Part shown: piece by piece, positions 4,822-5,423 of the stretch
Numbering within the stretch: position 1 is the stretch's first letter
Layout of the letters: the number at the start of each line of letters is the position of its first letter
From: a virus
Taxonomy: Duplodnaviria; Heunggongvirae; Uroviricota; Caudoviricetes
Direction: 5' to 3' (one strand)
Length of the DNA stretch: 5,423 nucleotides
IMG/VR virus record: IMGVR_UViG_2802429220_000009
Coordinates: 1-5,423 of that record
Translations under genes and position numbers: made by a program
The notes under the pieces: generated by a model
What the model saw: only the letters and a program-made list of their open reading frames with translations
Database searches by the model: none
What the model was told of the DNA's origin: nothing

Positions 4822-5423
4822 TTACCCCCTGAAACCCGGCGGAATTTCGGTGTCCGGTTCAGAAATGTGATTCACGCAACGCAGGCTGACTGCGCCAGCC
4901 TTCGGCAGCGACCACGGATTTTCGAAATTCCTGTTCGGGCCAAAAAACGTCGATGCCTGCTGAACAAATTCAGTTCCCGCTTTCCCGGTAGCCTCCAGGT
5001 ATCTTGCGTAACGCCTCACGCCATCCAGCACGACATCCGGTGACACCCCTTCGCGTAATCTGGCCCTCCAGGCATTGAACGCGGATTTCTTCGGGTTTGA
5101 CCCTGCCCGATGCGGATATTCACGCCAGACCCGTTCGAACACGTCAGGATAATCAACTCGTCCCGCAGACGGTCCCGGCATCGCCCGGGTTAACCCAATC
5201 GGCTTCCCGCTCATCGCGGAATCGGCTTCAGGCTGCTGCGGTTGGCGTTGTTGCTCCGGTTCGACGATCAGCACCTGCTGCACACAACGCCCGGAATCTG
5301 CTTCCGGTGTCGTGCCAGCTGGTCCTGGACGTTCAGTCAGAACAGGACAAAAATCCCCCCGTGGGTCCGTGGCGATTTTTTCGCCATGGACCAGAAGGGT
5401 TTTATCCCTTTCCTGTTCTTGTT
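4822..5423 (-). CDS. Phage replication-initiation protein (O/DnaT-like partner of the DnaC-like loader), 3' part; N-terminus beyond the window
   Basis: Frame is open from the window edge (5423) to stop TAA at 4824..4822, so the track's GTG start at 5283 is internal. Sits 6 nt upstream of the DnaC-like gene, the usual initiator-loader arrangement. Product assignment rests on position and a Gln/Pro-rich linker, not a recognised motif. Confidence 0.65.
   Translation of the reverse strand, partial: QEQERDKTLLVHGEKIATDPRGDFCPVLTERPGPAGTTPEADSGRCVQQVLIVEPEQQRQPQQPEADSAMSGKPIGLTRAMPGPSAGRVDYPDVFERVWREYPHRAGSNPKKSAFNAWRARLREGVSPDVVLDGVRRYARYLEATGKAGTEFVQQASTFFGPNRNFENPWSLPKAGAVSLRCVNHISEPDTEIPPGFRG

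Noticed and set aside
1-5423. tRNA, rRNA, CRISPR array, insertion-sequence or transposase genes
   Set aside because: No cloverleaf-like conserved tRNA features, no regularly spaced direct repeats and no transposase-like ORF or terminal inverted repeats flanking an ORF were seen.

Overview
This window reads as an early-right/nin-like stretch of a lambdoid prophage from an enterobacterium (E. coli-like), called by eye from the sequence with no database search. The right two-thirds is a single leftward (minus-strand) operon: the 3' part of a replication-initiator gene running off the window, a DnaC-like helicase loader with clear Walker A/B motifs, then three uncharacterised genes (256 aa with two helix-turn-helix-like segments, 130 aa HTH, 194 aa with a DUF551-like C-terminus). 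Two very short hydrophobic peptide ORFs follow, with strong ribosome-binding sites, that the six-frame track missed. Downstream lies a complete hok/mok-type type I toxin locus with a 5'/3' long-range complementarity (9 bp, 1544-1552 vs 1928-1936) and a UUCG-loop terminator. Convergent with it on the plus strand is a toxin-first type II toxin-antitoxin pair (RelE/ParE-like toxin, HTH antitoxin, 8-nt overlap). The left intergenic region (500-760) holds a consensus TTGACA promoter on the minus strand feeding a ~75-nt structured transcript that ends in an intrinsic terminator, plus a thrice-repeated GTGCTAAYC motif. The left edge is the 5' part of an ORF6N-type antirepressor-like gene. No tRNA, rRNA, CRISPR array or transposase was seen. 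The most likely undescribed items are the two small-peptide ORFs with the three-gene block above them, and the promoter-terminator small-transcript unit; the toxin systems belong to known families.
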